Below are positions 37,549-47,422 of a stretch of 64,000 bases of DNA, piece by piece; within the stretch, counting starts at the first letter, position 1, and every line of letters starts with the position of its first letter. The position numbers were made by a program, and so were the translations under genes. The DNA is from Candidatus Nanohaloarchaea archaeon. GTDB taxonomy: Archaea; Nanohalarchaeota; Nanosalinia; Nanosalinales; Nanosalinaceae. The stretch is taken from positions 36,716 to 100,715 of the forward strand of contig JBDGRK010000005.1 of the NCBI GenBank assembly GCA_042218075.1, read 5' to 3'. The notes beneath the pieces are model-generated. The model searched no databases. It saw only the letters and a program-made list of their open reading frames with translations, and was not told the origin of the DNA.

Positions 37549-37757
37549 AGTGTTCACCTCGAAATTGAGAAACGAGAAATGAACACTGCGCTTTTTACAG
37601 CAGCAGTGCCAGCAGAATCAAAAGTAGCAGTGAAAGTCCAAGATCAATTGAATCGGAAATCGAGAAAATAGCTGGAGCTCGTTTATCGCAATTCCAGAAC
37701 GCGTCCACCTATAGTTAATGGCTCCATACTATTTCCCGTTTAATCAGTCTTTATAAA
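37549..37757 (-). promoter_or_regulatory. Putative Leu-sensing frameshift leader with anti-SD hairpin
   Basis: TTTATAAA 22 nt before ATG 37727; uORF 37683-37727 with GGT GGA CGC GTT CTG; +1 frame ends LGLSLLLLILLALLL* at 37595; AGTGTTCA..CTCG/CGAGGTGAACACT stem at 37549-37587. Confidence 0.8.
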
Positions 37758-38098
37758 TTCTTGAGGTTGGCAGTCGCACTGTGATGTCTGTCTTTGCCAT
37801 GCGCAGGATGCCTGTCTATTTCAGAATTTAGCAATCTTTCCGCTTTATTCACCTTTTTGGCATCTTCAGGTTCAAGTTCTACATTTACATCTCTGAGTTT
37901 TATTTCAGCCAAATCCATCAAGTTATACATAGAATCAGAGGGTGTATCCTGGATAAGATCATTCAAATATTCAGCAGCTTCCTCCAGAGCGTCACTTTCA
38001 TATCTATCGGCAATAGTTTCGATGTCGGCAGTCGCTTCTCTGATATCGTCATATCTATCAAGAGCTTCCTTTGGGTAGACGACCATATTACTTATCAT
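37751..38098 (-). CDS. Hypothetical helical protein
   Basis: 115 aa acidic ORF; start may be 38086. Confidence 0.6.
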   Translation of the reverse strand: MISNMVVYPKEALDRYDDIREATADIETIADRYESDALEEAAEYLNDLIQDTPSDSMYNLMDLAEIKLRDVNVELEPEDAKKVNKAERLLNSEIDRHPAHGKDRHHSATANLKNL

Positions 38099-38133
38099 TT
38101 CATACAGTTTTTAATACTTTTTGGTAACAACAA

Positions 38134-38823
38134 TCAGAACAATCCCTTCTTTTCTGTTTCTTCAATACCGTTATCTGTTATCTTGAACTGCTTTGACTTT
38201 CCCTCCGGCATCGAGCGGTGCTTCTCCACCTCTATCTCTCGAAGACCGCTATCGACTTTCGAAAGCTTCAGGAGACACTTCGACCAGTAGCGGGGAACAT
38301 CTCTCCCCACCAGCTCGATATCATCCTCGTCAAAGGAAGTGTAGACCTGGTTGGTGACAAGAGCAGGAATATCATTCTTCCTCGCCACCTTCGAAATCTC
38401 GGAGAGCTGCTGGGATAGCTTCTGGTTCATCTCCTGGACCTGGTCTCCCTGGGCCTGTAAGCGGTAGAGCGAAACCATCGAGTCAACTATAACTGCGGAA
38501 GCGTCTTCCTCCTCCGCTATCGATTCAAGAGAGTTGATAGCCTCCTGCTGCTGCCCGAAGTCGAGAGGCTCGTTTACCACCATGTTTTCCAGCGCTTCCT
38601 CAGAGGCGATCTGGCTGAACCGCTCCGCCGAAAAACCCTTCTCGGTATCGAGGTAGATGACCTTCTCGCCTTCCGAGGCCAGATGCGCCGCGACCTGGAC
38701 GCAGAAGTTGGTCTTCCCTGATCCCGACTCTCCGAATACATTGGTGATTATACCCTTCTCGAGCCCTCCTTTTAGGAAAGAGTCGATAGGCTCGCTTCCA
38801 GTAGATACACGTTCTACTTCCAC
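38134..38823 (-). CDS. radB: DNA repair and recombination protein RadB
   Basis: GESGSGKT Walker A, VIVDS, VTNQVY, EKHRS basic patch; no N-terminal HhH domain. Confidence 0.93.
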   Translation of the reverse strand: MEVERVSTGSEPIDSFLKGGLEKGIITNVFGESGSGKTNFCVQVAAHLASEGEKVIYLDTEKGFSAERFSQIASEEALENMVVNEPLDFGQQQEAINSLESIAEEEDASAVIVDSMVSLYRLQAQGDQVQEMNQKLSQQLSEISKVARKNDIPALVTNQVYTSFDEDDIELVGRDVPRYWSKCLLKLSKVDSGLREIEVEKHRSMPEGKSKQFKITDNGIEETEKKGLF

Positions 38824-39056
38824 ACCCGAGCTTTCACTCGAAATCTTTTATCGGTGTGTGATAGAACTTTCATATGGGCTTAATAGAGGAGGAAGTTGAA
38901 GATAAGAATCAACTTGGAAAGGATAAATACTGAAATTGGCGAGTATTCAATAGCTGTAGAAGCACTTATTTTTGATCTCGAAGGTGATCGGATTCTGATG
39001 GAAGAAGGATCCGGATGTTGAGACGAAGTTGATAAATTGGAAGTTATTGCCGCCTG

Positions 39057-39701
39057 TTATTGAACCTGTTTAATGTCTGCTTCAGTATCTCCTGATAGTT
39101 TCTGAACTTCCATATTCCATGCGACCGATTTGAAAATCTCTCCACTATCTAACTCATAATTTGTTAAAGCGTCCCTAAGAGCTTCTTGATATTCTTGTTG
39201 AGATCTCCCATATGCTTCTTTAGCAGTTTTGCCTTTCAATAGAGAGATAGGAACTTGGTTCGAGGGATAAAGACAAAGTTCAGCGACTTTATCCTCCAAA
39301 GGTTTTGTCGTTTTTTTAGTTTGTATAATGAAGTTAAACTTATCCTCATAGCCTATATATGCTTTAGCCCCGTTTTCCACACAAGAGGGCCCCAGTTCTT
39401 TCGCTGAACTACAAGTTCGTGCATATACAATTTTGTCTTTTGTTAAGTCTTCATTATCATTTTTTTGTAGCATTGGCTCTTCATCTTCGCCTTCAACGCA
39501 TGTTGTTGATCCATGACCATTTAGAACCATCAAATCCGCGTTATTAGATTCAATGTAACTTTCAAAGTTATTTCTATTTGGATTTTCAATATCAAGAACT
39601 TTAACACCAAGGTTGTTGGCCATCGAAATTATTTTTTGACTCCAAGCACTCGCATATGCGGTTGTTTTATCGTATTGTGGTAGAGTAACCAGTAATTCCA
39701 T
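39057..39701 (-). CDS. Putative caspase-fold (C25/CHAT-like) cysteine protease domain protein
   Basis: LMVLNGHGS ... IVYARTCSSA ... GAKAYIGY His/Cys dyad pattern; AT-rich. Confidence 0.55.
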   Translation of the reverse strand: MELLVTLPQYDKTTAYASAWSQKIISMANNLGVKVLDIENPNRNNFESYIESNNADLMVLNGHGSTTCVEGEDEEPMLQKNDNEDLTKDKIVYARTCSSAKELGPSCVENGAKAYIGYEDKFNFIIQTKKTTKPLEDKVAELCLYPSNQVPISLLKGKTAKEAYGRSQQEYQEALRDALTNYELDSGEIFKSVAWNMEVQKLSGDTEADIKQVQ

Positions 39702-39704
39702 TAC

Positions 39705-39905
39705 CTACTTCACTTCTTTAAATTTTCTTAGAGCGTTCAACTCCCTTCTAGTGGCCATTTCTCCAACTTCTGATTGTTTTTCTACCTCATTTATTAGCTC
39801 CTCTTTATTAAATGACCCATGACCACCGATAGATAGCTCAAGATGCTCTGGCATAGACTTTAGTCGTTCTTTTGTCAGTTTGATTTCATCAGTAGAAAAA
39901 TTCAC
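39705..39905 (-). CDS. Small hypothetical protein (66 aa)
   Basis: GTG start after a GA-rich SD-like sequence; tight spacing in a 3-gene AT-rich cassette. Confidence 0.65.
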   Translation of the reverse strand: MNFSTDEIKLTKERLKSMPEHLELSIGGHGSFNKEELINEVEKQSEVGEMATRRELNALRKFKEVK

Positions 39906-39916
39906 TTTTCCTTCCC

Positions 39917-40129
39917 CTAGATAATTTCTTGTTCAATTAGTTTTTTACCGGTTTTCTTGCCTAGAGGAGTTTTATTTTCAATATTTCTTCTCGCCATATG
40001 CCAGTTTATAGGTTCATCGTTTATTATGACTACAGTTTTATCTCGTTCTTCCGGCGGCAAATTGGTGTAAACATCCATAAACCGGGAAAGCGGGTATTCG
40101 GGTGTTTCCTCGTTGTTTTCAGCTCTCAT
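39917..40129 (-). CDS. Small hypothetical protein (70 aa)
   Basis: First gene of the 3-gene AT-rich cassette. Confidence 0.65.
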   Translation of the reverse strand: MRAENNEETPEYPLSRFMDVYTNLPPEERDKTVVIINDEPINWHMARRNIENKTPLGKKTGKKLIEQEII

Positions 40130-40454
40130 AATGGTTCTCGCAAGCTTATTCGAAGTTTTCCCTCTCCCCTAAACTAGGTTTTCTAGAGCTTGTATAAAAA
40201 GCTCCATTATTAATATACCTTTCAGTAACTTTTATCATATCTTCACTAATACACATCTGTTCTAATCCTTGTGATTGAAGTATTTCCAGATAAATTCTTA
40301 ATTTTCCTCCATATTCCATACGTAAATTGATTCACTGATTTCAAAAGCTTCCAGAACTACCAGAAATATCTGTCTCAGAAATGCATACTATAGATCGAAT
40401 TTTTTACTCACGTCAATAAAAAAAGGTTTAAATGTTGGAGTTGCAAGTGAAGAT

Positions 40455-40805
40455 ATGTCCAAGGAAAAGGAGGCCTCGCTTCTCACCTACAACACTCACA
40501 GGGAAAAGTTCGAGTCCGTGTATGAAAGAAACAAGTTTTACCGCGGGCTATTCGGCTACACGCAAAAGGTGAAGAAAAACGGGAAGACCTACGAGTATGA
40601 GAAAGATGGACTGATGGACGAGATACCCAACTCAAGGATCGACGACTCTGTATTCATAATCGCAAACCACTACGTCACAAGAATCGAAGACTACTTCCAG
40701 GACTGGGGAGAAAAGGTCTCCCACCATATTTTCAAAGTCATAATCGAGGATAAGAACATCATCGAGCAGATAAGAGGAGATAATTATGAACGACAACAAC
40801 AATGA
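40455..40805 (+). CDS. Conserved hypothetical protein upstream of cdc48
   Basis: 116 aa ORF (FYRGLFGY...GLM...SVFII); TATA-like TTTAAA upstream; overlaps the cdc48 start. Confidence 0.7.
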   Translation: MSKEKEASLLTYNTHREKFESVYERNKFYRGLFGYTQKVKKNGKTYEYEKDGLMDEIPNSRIDDSVFIIANHYVTRIEDYFQDWGEKVSHHIFKVIIEDKNIIEQIRGDNYERQQQ

Positions 40806-43800
40806 AGACGGAAGCAGGGCGAGGCTCCGAGTAGGAGAGGTACCGCCCAACGCACAGCAGGACATCGGAAAAGGCATAGTCAGGATAGACTCCAACGTGA
40901 TGGAGGAACTGGGAGTCTCGGAGGGTGATGCTGTAACAATAGAAGACGAGAGGGAAACCGTAGGAAGAGTCGCGAGAAGCTATCCCGCAGATAAAGGACT
41001 CGGTATCGCGAGAATGGACGGTTACATGAGAAAGAACGCAGGGACTTCTCTCGGACAGAAGGTAGAGGTTGAGAAAGCCGAGCTGAAAGAGGCTGAGAAA
41101 ATCACCCTCGCACCTGCAGAGGAAGGAGTGATGATCCAGGTCCAGAACCCGAAGATATTCCAGAGAGCTCTGAGAGGAAGGGCGGTGATGCAGGGCGACA
41201 TAGTAGTTCCGGGGGATGGAGACGATCGCAGAAAATCGATATTCGACGACGTATTCGACATGGAAGCCGATCGCTTCAGGTTCTCTTTCGGGCAGGAGAC
41301 GAAGCTGGCTGTGGTCGACACAAATCCAGGAGGAGCAGTAAAGATCACTGAAGCGACCGAGATAGAGGTCAAGCAGCAGGCAGTGGAAGACGTTGAAAAA
41401 CAGCAGGTGAGAGTACCGGAGGTAACCTACGAGGATATCGGAGGCCTCGAATCAGAGATACAGCAGGTCAGGGAGATGATCGAGCTGCCTCTAAAACACC
41501 CTGAAGTGTTCCAGCAGCTGGGGATCGAGGCTCCCTCAGGAGTACTGCTACACGGGCCTCCCGGCACCGGAAAAACTTTACTCGCGAAAGCGGTCGCAAA
41601 CGAGGCGGATGCCACATTCATGTCCATCAACGGTCCGGAGATCATGAGCAAATTCTACGGAGAATCCGAGAAACAGCTCAGAGAAAAGTTTGAGGAGGCG
41701 CAGGACAACTCTCCCGCGATAATCTTCATAGACGAGATCGACGCAATCGCCTCAAAGAGAAGCGATGTAGGAGGCGAGGTGGAGAGAAGGGTTGTGGCGC
41801 AGCTTCTTTCCCTCATGGATGGACTCGAGGAGCGCGAAAACGTTATCGTGATAGCCGCGACAAACAGGCTTGACGCTATTGACGAAGCCTTGAGAAGGGG
41901 AGGAAGATTCGACAGGGAGATCGAGATCGGTGTCCCGAACAGGGAAGGTAGAAAGGAAGTGCTCCAGATTCACACCAGAAACATGCCCCTGACAGACGAC
42001 GTCGACCTTGAAGAAGTCGCGGAGAAAACCCACGGCTATGTCGGGGCTGACATAGAGGCGATGGCGAAAGAAGCCGCGATGAGTGTTCTGAGGAGAGTTC
42101 TCCCCGAGATAGACCTCGACGAGGAGATACCTAGCGACGTGATGGACGAATTAGTAGTTGATCGGGATGCAATGCTCGAAGGAATAAGAAAGGTCCAGCC
42201 CTCAGCGATGAGAGAGGTCATGGTCGAAGTTCCGCAGGTCACCTGGGAAGAAGTCGGAGGACTGGAGAACACGAAGGAACAGCTAAGAGAGATGGTGGAA
42301 TGGCCGCAGAAGTACCCTGAAAGGTTCGAGAAGATGGGTATAGAGGTTCCTAAAGGAATACTTCTCTACGGTCTGCCGGGAACAGGAAAGACTTTACTCG
42401 CAAAGGCTGTCGCGAACGAGGCGAACGCCAACTTTATCTCCATAAAGGGGCCTGAAATTTTCTGCCTGTCCGGAGATACACCTATAGTCACAGATTTCTG
42501 CGGTAGAAGGTCAATCGAGGAGTTCTACGATAGAGCGGTTGAAATTAGTGAAAAAGTCCATAAGGATGATAGAAAGACAGTCTTCGAACCTGAGGAAGAG
42601 ATCAGGACGAAAGGCATCGACGAGAATGGAGAAATAGTTGATTCCAAGGTCGATCGGTTCTACAGCATAGAGGTGCCCAAAAGTTACAGGCTGGAGTTTG
42701 ATGATGGCAGTTCCATCCATGTATCCGGCAACCAGCCTTTCTATACGTCAGAAGGGTGGAAGAAAGCTTCAGAAATAGAAGAGAAAGAAATGGTGGCATC
42801 GCCTTCACGGATAGACTCCTTCGGGAAGGATCGGATTGAATGGGAGCAACTTGACCGGGAGAACTTCCACATTCAGAAAGAAGGAGAACTGGTAGCTCTA
42901 GGCGATACAGAAGTAGAGGAAATGAATCATATCACTTATGCTAGGAAACTAACTTCGGAGGAGAAAACTATACGGATACCGGAGGAACTTAATCCTTCGC
43001 TTTCAGAACTACTGGGATTTATCTCGGCGGAGGGAAGCCTTAAAGAAGACGAGGTAAGGATAGCAGCGAGTGATGAGGACAACAGATCAAGAATAAGAGA
43101 GCTGCTGGAGGAAATATTTGAGGAAGAAAGGATAAATGAGAGAGAAGACGGTTTAGCTGTTTACTCCAGAGCATTTGTAGAACTTCTGCATCAAGGTTTC
43201 GATATTCCAAGAGAGGATAAAACAGCAAATATCAGAGTGCCAGGACTGCTCTTCAAGGCTTCCGAGAAGAACTGGAACGGATTCCTTAAGGGAGCTTTCA
43301 GGGGGGACGGCTACATAGGCGAGAAAAAAGTGGATTACTGCTCGAAGAGCGAGGAACTTGTCGATGGAATATCGACACTGTTAAGGTTCAAGGGATTCAC
43401 TCCGAGAAAGTTTGAAGACGGAGAAGGCTACTTCCACGTCAACCTAAGCGGTAAAGGCGAGATAACAAGGTTCAGGTCGGAAGTGATGGGAGAGGAGATA
43501 GAGATTAAAGAAGACAACAGGAACAAGCAGAGACCGATGCCAGACATGCGAGAGGAGGTAGAAGAGCTTAGGGATAACCTCAGGATGACCTACGGCAGAG
43601 ATATCAAGGAGGGAGTTATAGCACCCATTATCGAGAGAGAGCAGGAATTCGGGCAGGATAGGGCCAGAAAACTCGTGAATGCTTTCAGGGAGAGAACCAA
43701 AGAAGTTGAAGAATTAGAGATTGAGGAAACAATAGGGAGCCTGAGAGAGGCGAAAGATGTGCTGAAAGTTACTTGGCCTGAACTGGAAATGGAACTCGGT

Positions 43801-44673
43801 TACAATCCAAAATACCAGCTGAACGGGAAAAATGAATACGGGGAGAAACACGAAGAGATCAGAGAATACCTGGAAAAAGTGAGGGAATCAATCCTATCGG
43901 ACCGAAACTTCGAGACCCTACAGAAGCTTGACACCGCATCCAGAGATCTCGCATGGAAACAAATTGAATCAATTGAACAAAAGGGAGAAACCACGATGTA
44001 CGACCTTGAAACCTCGACAGGTAGCCTCATAGGCGGACAAACGCCTCTGATGCTTCACAATTCCAAGTATGTTGGAGAGTCAGAGGAAGCGGTGAGAGAG
44101 GTCTTCCAGAAAGCAAGGCAGGTAGCGCCGTGCATACTCTTCATAGACGAGATCGATTCTATAGCAACGAAGAGAGGATCCAGAACAGATTCAGGAGTCG
44201 GAGACAGAGTTGTCAACCAGCTTTTGACAGAGCTCGACGGAATAGAGGATCTGGAAGGAGTTACCGTGATCGCCGCGACGAATCGGCCCGACCTGATCGA
44301 TCCCGCTCTCCTGAGGCCGGGAAGAATAGACAGAGATATTGAGGTTGAAAACCCTGACCTGGAAGCCAGGAGGAAGATCCTGAAAGTTCACACGAGGGAC
44401 ATGCCGCTCTCCGATGAAATAGATCTCGATGCTCTGGCTGAGAAGATAGACGCCTACGTTGGTAGCGACATCGAGTCTCTCTGCAGGGAGGCCGCGATGC
44501 TCGCACTTAGAGAAGATCCGGACTCGGAAGAAGTGAAGATGGAGCATTTCGAGGAAGCTATGGAAGAGATCAACCCGACCGCCACAGAGGAAAACGTCGA
44601 GCACTACAGGCAGATGATGAAAAGGATGAAAGAAATGGAAGAACCTGATGAAAGCCCGGATTACTACGCCTGA
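40786..44673 (+). CDS. cdc48: CDC48/VCP family AAA+ ATPase with intein in D2
   Basis: N-domain, two Walker A ([16 protein letters not shown]) and Walker B (IFIDEID, LFIDEID) sets; insertion between KGPEIF and SKYVGESE. Confidence 0.96.
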   Translation: MNDNNNEDGSRARLRVGEVPPNAQQDIGKGIVRIDSNVMEELGVSEGDAVTIEDERETVGRVARSYPADKGLGIARMDGYMRKNAGTSLGQKVEVEKAELKEAEKITLAPAEEGVMIQVQNPKIFQRALRGRAVMQGDIVVPGDGDDRRKSIFDDVFDMEADRFRFSFGQETKLAVVDTNPGGAVKITEATEIEVKQQAVEDVEKQQVRVPEVTYEDIGGLESEIQQVREMIELPLKHPEVFQQLGIEAPSGVLLHGPPGTGKTLLAKAVANEADATFMSINGPEIMSKFYGESEKQLREKFEEAQDNSPAIIFIDEIDAIASKRSDVGGEVERRVVAQLLSLMDGLEERENVIVIAATNRLDAIDEALRRGGRFDREIEIGVPNREGRKEVLQIHTRNMPLTDDVDLEEVAEKTHGYVGADIEAMAKEAAMSVLRRVLPEIDLDEEIPSDVMDELVVDRDAMLEGIRKVQPSAMREVMVEVPQVTWEEVGGLENTKEQLREMVEWPQKYPERFEKMGIEVPKGILLYGLPGTGKTLLAKAVANEANANFISIKGPEIFCLSGDTPIVTDFCGRRSIEEFYDRAVEISEKVHKDDRKTVFEPEEEIRTKGIDENGEIVDSKVDRFYSIEVPKSYRLEFDDGSSIHVSGNQPFYTSEGWKKASEIEEKEMVASPSRIDSFGKDRIEWEQLDRENFHIQKEGELVALGDTEVEEMNHITYARKLTSEEKTIRIPEELNPSLSELLGFISAEGSLKEDEVRIAASDEDNRSRIRELLEEIFEEERINEREDGLAVYSRAFVELLHQGFDIPREDKTANIRVPGLLFKASEKNWNGFLKGAFRGDGYIGEKKVDYCSKSEELVDGISTLLRFKGFTPRKFEDGEGYFHVNLSGKGEITRFRSEVMGEEIEIKEDNRNKQRPMPDMREEVEELRDNLRMTYGRDIKEGVIAPIIEREQEFGQDRARKLVNAFRERTKEVEELEIEETIGSLREAKDVLKVTWPELEMELGYNPKYQLNGKNEYGEKHEEIREYLEKVRESILSDRNFETLQKLDTASRDLAWKQIESIEQKGETTMYDLETSTGSLIGGQTPLMLHNSKYVGESEEAVREVFQKARQVAPCILFIDEIDSIATKRGSRTDSGVGDRVVNQLLTELDGIEDLEGVTVIAATNRPDLIDPALLRPGRIDRDIEVENPDLEARRKILKVHTRDMPLSDEIDLDALAEKIDAYVGSDIESLCREAAMLALREDPDSEEVKMEHFEEAMEEINPTATEENVEHYRQMMKRMKEMEEPDESPDYYA
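42463..44061 (+). mobile_element. Intein with LAGLIDADG endonuclease in CDC48 (533 aa)
   Basis: Starts [15 protein letters not shown] and [10 protein letters not shown] motifs, MYDLET block F, ends MLHN followed by Ser. Confidence 0.93.
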
Positions 44674-44722
44674 GGTAGAGGTAACCGCAGCCTTATTAAC
44701 CTGAGGCAGGAAAGCAAGTACA

Positions 44723-45655
44723 ATGACGGGGCAAAACAAATGCGAGAAATGCGGTGAGAGCTTTGACTCCGAGCGCGGATTACATATCCACCAGTCACAG
44801 ATGCATGAGGAGCAAGAGATGAATCAAGCAGATGAAAAACTTGAGTTCGGTGTGAGAACTGCAATGTTCGGAGTCTTTATTCTTGGAATTTTCGTAGGAC
44901 TATCCTCGGGTCTGGTATTCTCCGAGATAAGTGATTCGGAATCGGCAACAAGTGTGAAAGCTCCCGAGAAATTAGATCAGAGAAAGGATAGCGCTTCAAA
45001 AAATGATTCCAATAATAACAGGGTTAAAATAAAGAAAGATATGCTAGAAGGCGAACCTTCTCTAGGAAATGCAGATGCTCCTATCACTATAGTTGAATAT
45101 TCAGATTTTGGATGTCCATGGTGTGCGGAATGGGCAGGGTTCGAAGCAATTCCCGATGATGCTGTGAGAGTCACGGGAACGATAGATGACAAGGAAACAG
45201 TCAGAAAAATAAAGCAGAATTACGTTCAAAAAGGAAAAGCAAGATTTGTTTTTAAGGATTACCCTGTTAAGGGGCTTCATCCGAAAGCTCCATCAGCTCA
45301 TAGAGCTGCGAACTGTGTGTTCAAACAGGATGAAAAAAGCTTCTGGAAGTTCCACGATCTTCTTTTTGAAAACAGGGATGAGTGGAAAAATAGCAGGAAA
45401 CCTTTGAACGAATACCTGAATTACGCGGAAAATACAGCTATCAACGTCTCAGAATTCGAAAACTGTTACATTAATTCAAACAACTCGGAAGCAGAGAAAG
45501 ATAAAAGACAGATAAAATCGCTGGCCGGCAGACTAGGGACGCCAGCAATATTTATCGGGAACACAGAGGACGGATTTGTTTCTATCCAGGGAGCTCAACC
45601 CTATTCATCCCTGAAGAATGTTATAGAGGCAGAACTTGAACGTGCCAGAAAATGA
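44723..45655 (+). CDS. DsbA-family oxidoreductase with N-terminal C2H2 zinc finger and TM anchor
   Basis: CEKC...H...H, TM helix, EYSDFGCPWC, GTP, GAQPY. Confidence 0.88.
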   Translation: MTGQNKCEKCGESFDSERGLHIHQSQMHEEQEMNQADEKLEFGVRTAMFGVFILGIFVGLSSGLVFSEISDSESATSVKAPEKLDQRKDSASKNDSNNNRVKIKKDMLEGEPSLGNADAPITIVEYSDFGCPWCAEWAGFEAIPDDAVRVTGTIDDKETVRKIKQNYVQKGKARFVFKDYPVKGLHPKAPSAHRAANCVFKQDEKSFWKFHDLLFENRDEWKNSRKPLNEYLNYAENTAINVSEFENCYINSNNSEAEKDKRQIKSLAGRLGTPAIFIGNTEDGFVSIQGAQPYSSLKNVIEAELERARK

Positions 45656-46173
45656 CAAGGGAAATTGAAAAAATAGCAGGAATATTAAGCAGACCGTTAT
45701 ATTTCTCTATCGCTGCTATTTCCACAATTACATCCTTCATGTTTTTTTCCCTCTCAACAAATTCTTCAGCTATATTTATTTACTTCAGAAAAGGCAATTT
45801 TACACTTCTATCAAAGCTTATTCCGGATCTTATTAATGGATTTATTCTCAGTTCCTCGCTTATATCTTTGATTCTAACATTGATAACTTCAGTTCTAATA
45901 GGTCTAAACATTGTGCTCGCCGCTTTTCGGCTGGTAAATGCTTCACAGCTCAATAAGTCAGATATTGGCTCTATACCCGGAATTCTTACTTCAATAGTGG
46001 CTCCGGCCTGCCCTGCTTGTGCAACAACTTTCTTGGCTTTCGCAGGTTTTACAAGCCTTTACGCACTGCTCCCCTTCAATGGCATCTTATTCAAAGTGGT
46101 AGGTATCCTGCTTCTGAGTGGTTCGGCACTATACACTTTTACTCAAATAGACCGGGAGAGATGCAAACTCTAA
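45652..46173 (+). CDS. Multi-pass membrane protein with CPAC motif
   Basis: About four TM helices, APACPACA, ATGA overlap with the dsbA-like gene. Confidence 0.75.
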   Translation: MTREIEKIAGILSRPLYFSIAAISTITSFMFFSLSTNSSAIFIYFRKGNFTLLSKLIPDLINGFILSSSLISLILTLITSVLIGLNIVLAAFRLVNASQLNKSDIGSIPGILTSIVAPACPACATTFLAFAGFTSLYALLPFNGILFKVVGILLLSGSALYTFTQIDRERCKL

Positions 46174-47057
46174 TTCCTCGTAGTGACTATATTTTCTCCA
46201 TCATCAACACCAACCAGAACCGTGTGCTCGGCCTGTGCAACAGTTCCACCCGCCTCCTCCCTCAGGACCTCGTAGGATTTCACAACACCGGAATCAACCA
46301 GCTTCTTCATCGCCATCTTCTGTCTCGCGCCAAAATCCAGCCATCTAGTGGTGAAGGGAAGGCCGTTGAACTTCTTGATCTCGCCCAGAAGCTTCCTCTG
46401 TGCCCTTCCTCTAACATTCCTGTCCTTCTTCATCTTGTAGATATTGCCGGGCTTTCCATTCTTGATCTTGCCCGATCCATCTGTTATGAAAGGTTCAATC
46501 GCGATCGCGTCACCTATCTCGAACTCATGGGAGGAGGCGTTCTCCACGTTGGGAATTGAAATACCGGCGTGCTGTGTATATTTCCCAAGGTAATGGCCTG
46601 TCAGGTTTCTCACAGGTTCATAGTCCTCAGATACCTGGCTCTCCACGAACCTTCCGAACTCCTCTATAGTTTTACCCGGCTCTATAAACTCCAGCGCTCT
46701 TTCAAGAACTTTCTCCACTTCATCCACCATTTTCCTGTAGCTTCCCGAAGGATTTACCGTTAGCGCGGTGTCAGCAATATAGCCCTCCGAATGCGCCCCT
46801 ATATCTATCTTCAGAACGTCTTCAGGCTTCAGAACACGATCCTCATCATTTGAAGGCGTGTAGTGAGCTGCCTCTTCATTGATCGAAAGATTCACTGGAA
46901 AAGCAGGTTCCAGCCCTTCTTCACGTATAACTGCTTCAATTTCCTCGGCTATGGTTTCAAGCTTGTTCCCCGGCTCGGAGATATCTCTCGCCCTCTTCCT
47001 CGCCTTCTGGATGACTTCTCCAGCTCTTATATAGTGATCCCTGACTTCCTGATCCAT
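46170..47057 (-). CDS. map: Methionine aminopeptidase type II
   Basis: AFPVNLSINEEAAHYTP, KIDIGAH...ADTA, NLTGH, AIEPF, AQAEHT. Confidence 0.96.
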   Translation of the reverse strand: MDQEVRDHYIRAGEVIQKARKRARDISEPGNKLETIAEEIEAVIREEGLEPAFPVNLSINEEAAHYTPSNDEDRVLKPEDVLKIDIGAHSEGYIADTALTVNPSGSYRKMVDEVEKVLERALEFIEPGKTIEEFGRFVESQVSEDYEPVRNLTGHYLGKYTQHAGISIPNVENASSHEFEIGDAIAIEPFITDGSGKIKNGKPGNIYKMKKDRNVRGRAQRKLLGEIKKFNGLPFTTRWLDFGARQKMAMKKLVDSGVVKSYEVLREEAGGTVAQAEHTVLVGVDDGENIVTTRN

Positions 47058-47072
47058 GTTACCAAAATAAAA

Positions 47073-47394
47073 CTAAACCGTTAAAACCTCTTTCTCACTC
47101 CCCAAGATATCAAGATAATCAAAGAAAACTGATTTAGCTTCCAACAAATTTTCAAGGGATCTACTATTTTCACTCATTTGCCACTGATCTAGAGCTCTGA
47201 CTACCTGAAGATAACTCAAATCGGTTTCATCATCGGCGTAATAAGCCCTCTTGAGTTTCCCGAAAATAGTTTTCCACGTGATGCTTCATGGTTTCCAGCA
47301 GCCAATATTCTTCTGAATCCTCTTCAAAATCCTGCATTTCATTCTCCAGCCATCCAGGAACCCTCCAAAGATCGTTTTTATTTCTAAGCCTCAT
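47073..47394 (-). pseudogene. Split hypothetical gene (frameshifted pseudogene or +1 recoded)
   Basis: ORF1 47230-47394 (54 aa, acidic); overlapping +1 frame open from about 47285 to TAG 47073; the overlap contains TAT TTT CGG. Confidence 0.45.
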
Positions 47395-47422
47395 AATTCA
47401 TAATATTCAGAAAAAGTTAAAA

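Noticed and set aside
27342-37708. +1-frame ORFs as independent GTG-initiated small membrane proteins (MDA...)
   Set aside because: The hydrophobic tails are only 10-15 residues, their residue type matches the codon at the shift site, and the tyrS/serS copies have no hydrophobic tail. Not fully excluded without Ribo-seq.
23037-44061. Both inteins are exactly 1599 nt (533 aa)
   Set aside because: Their sequences and domain content are dissimilar, so this is treated as coincidence.
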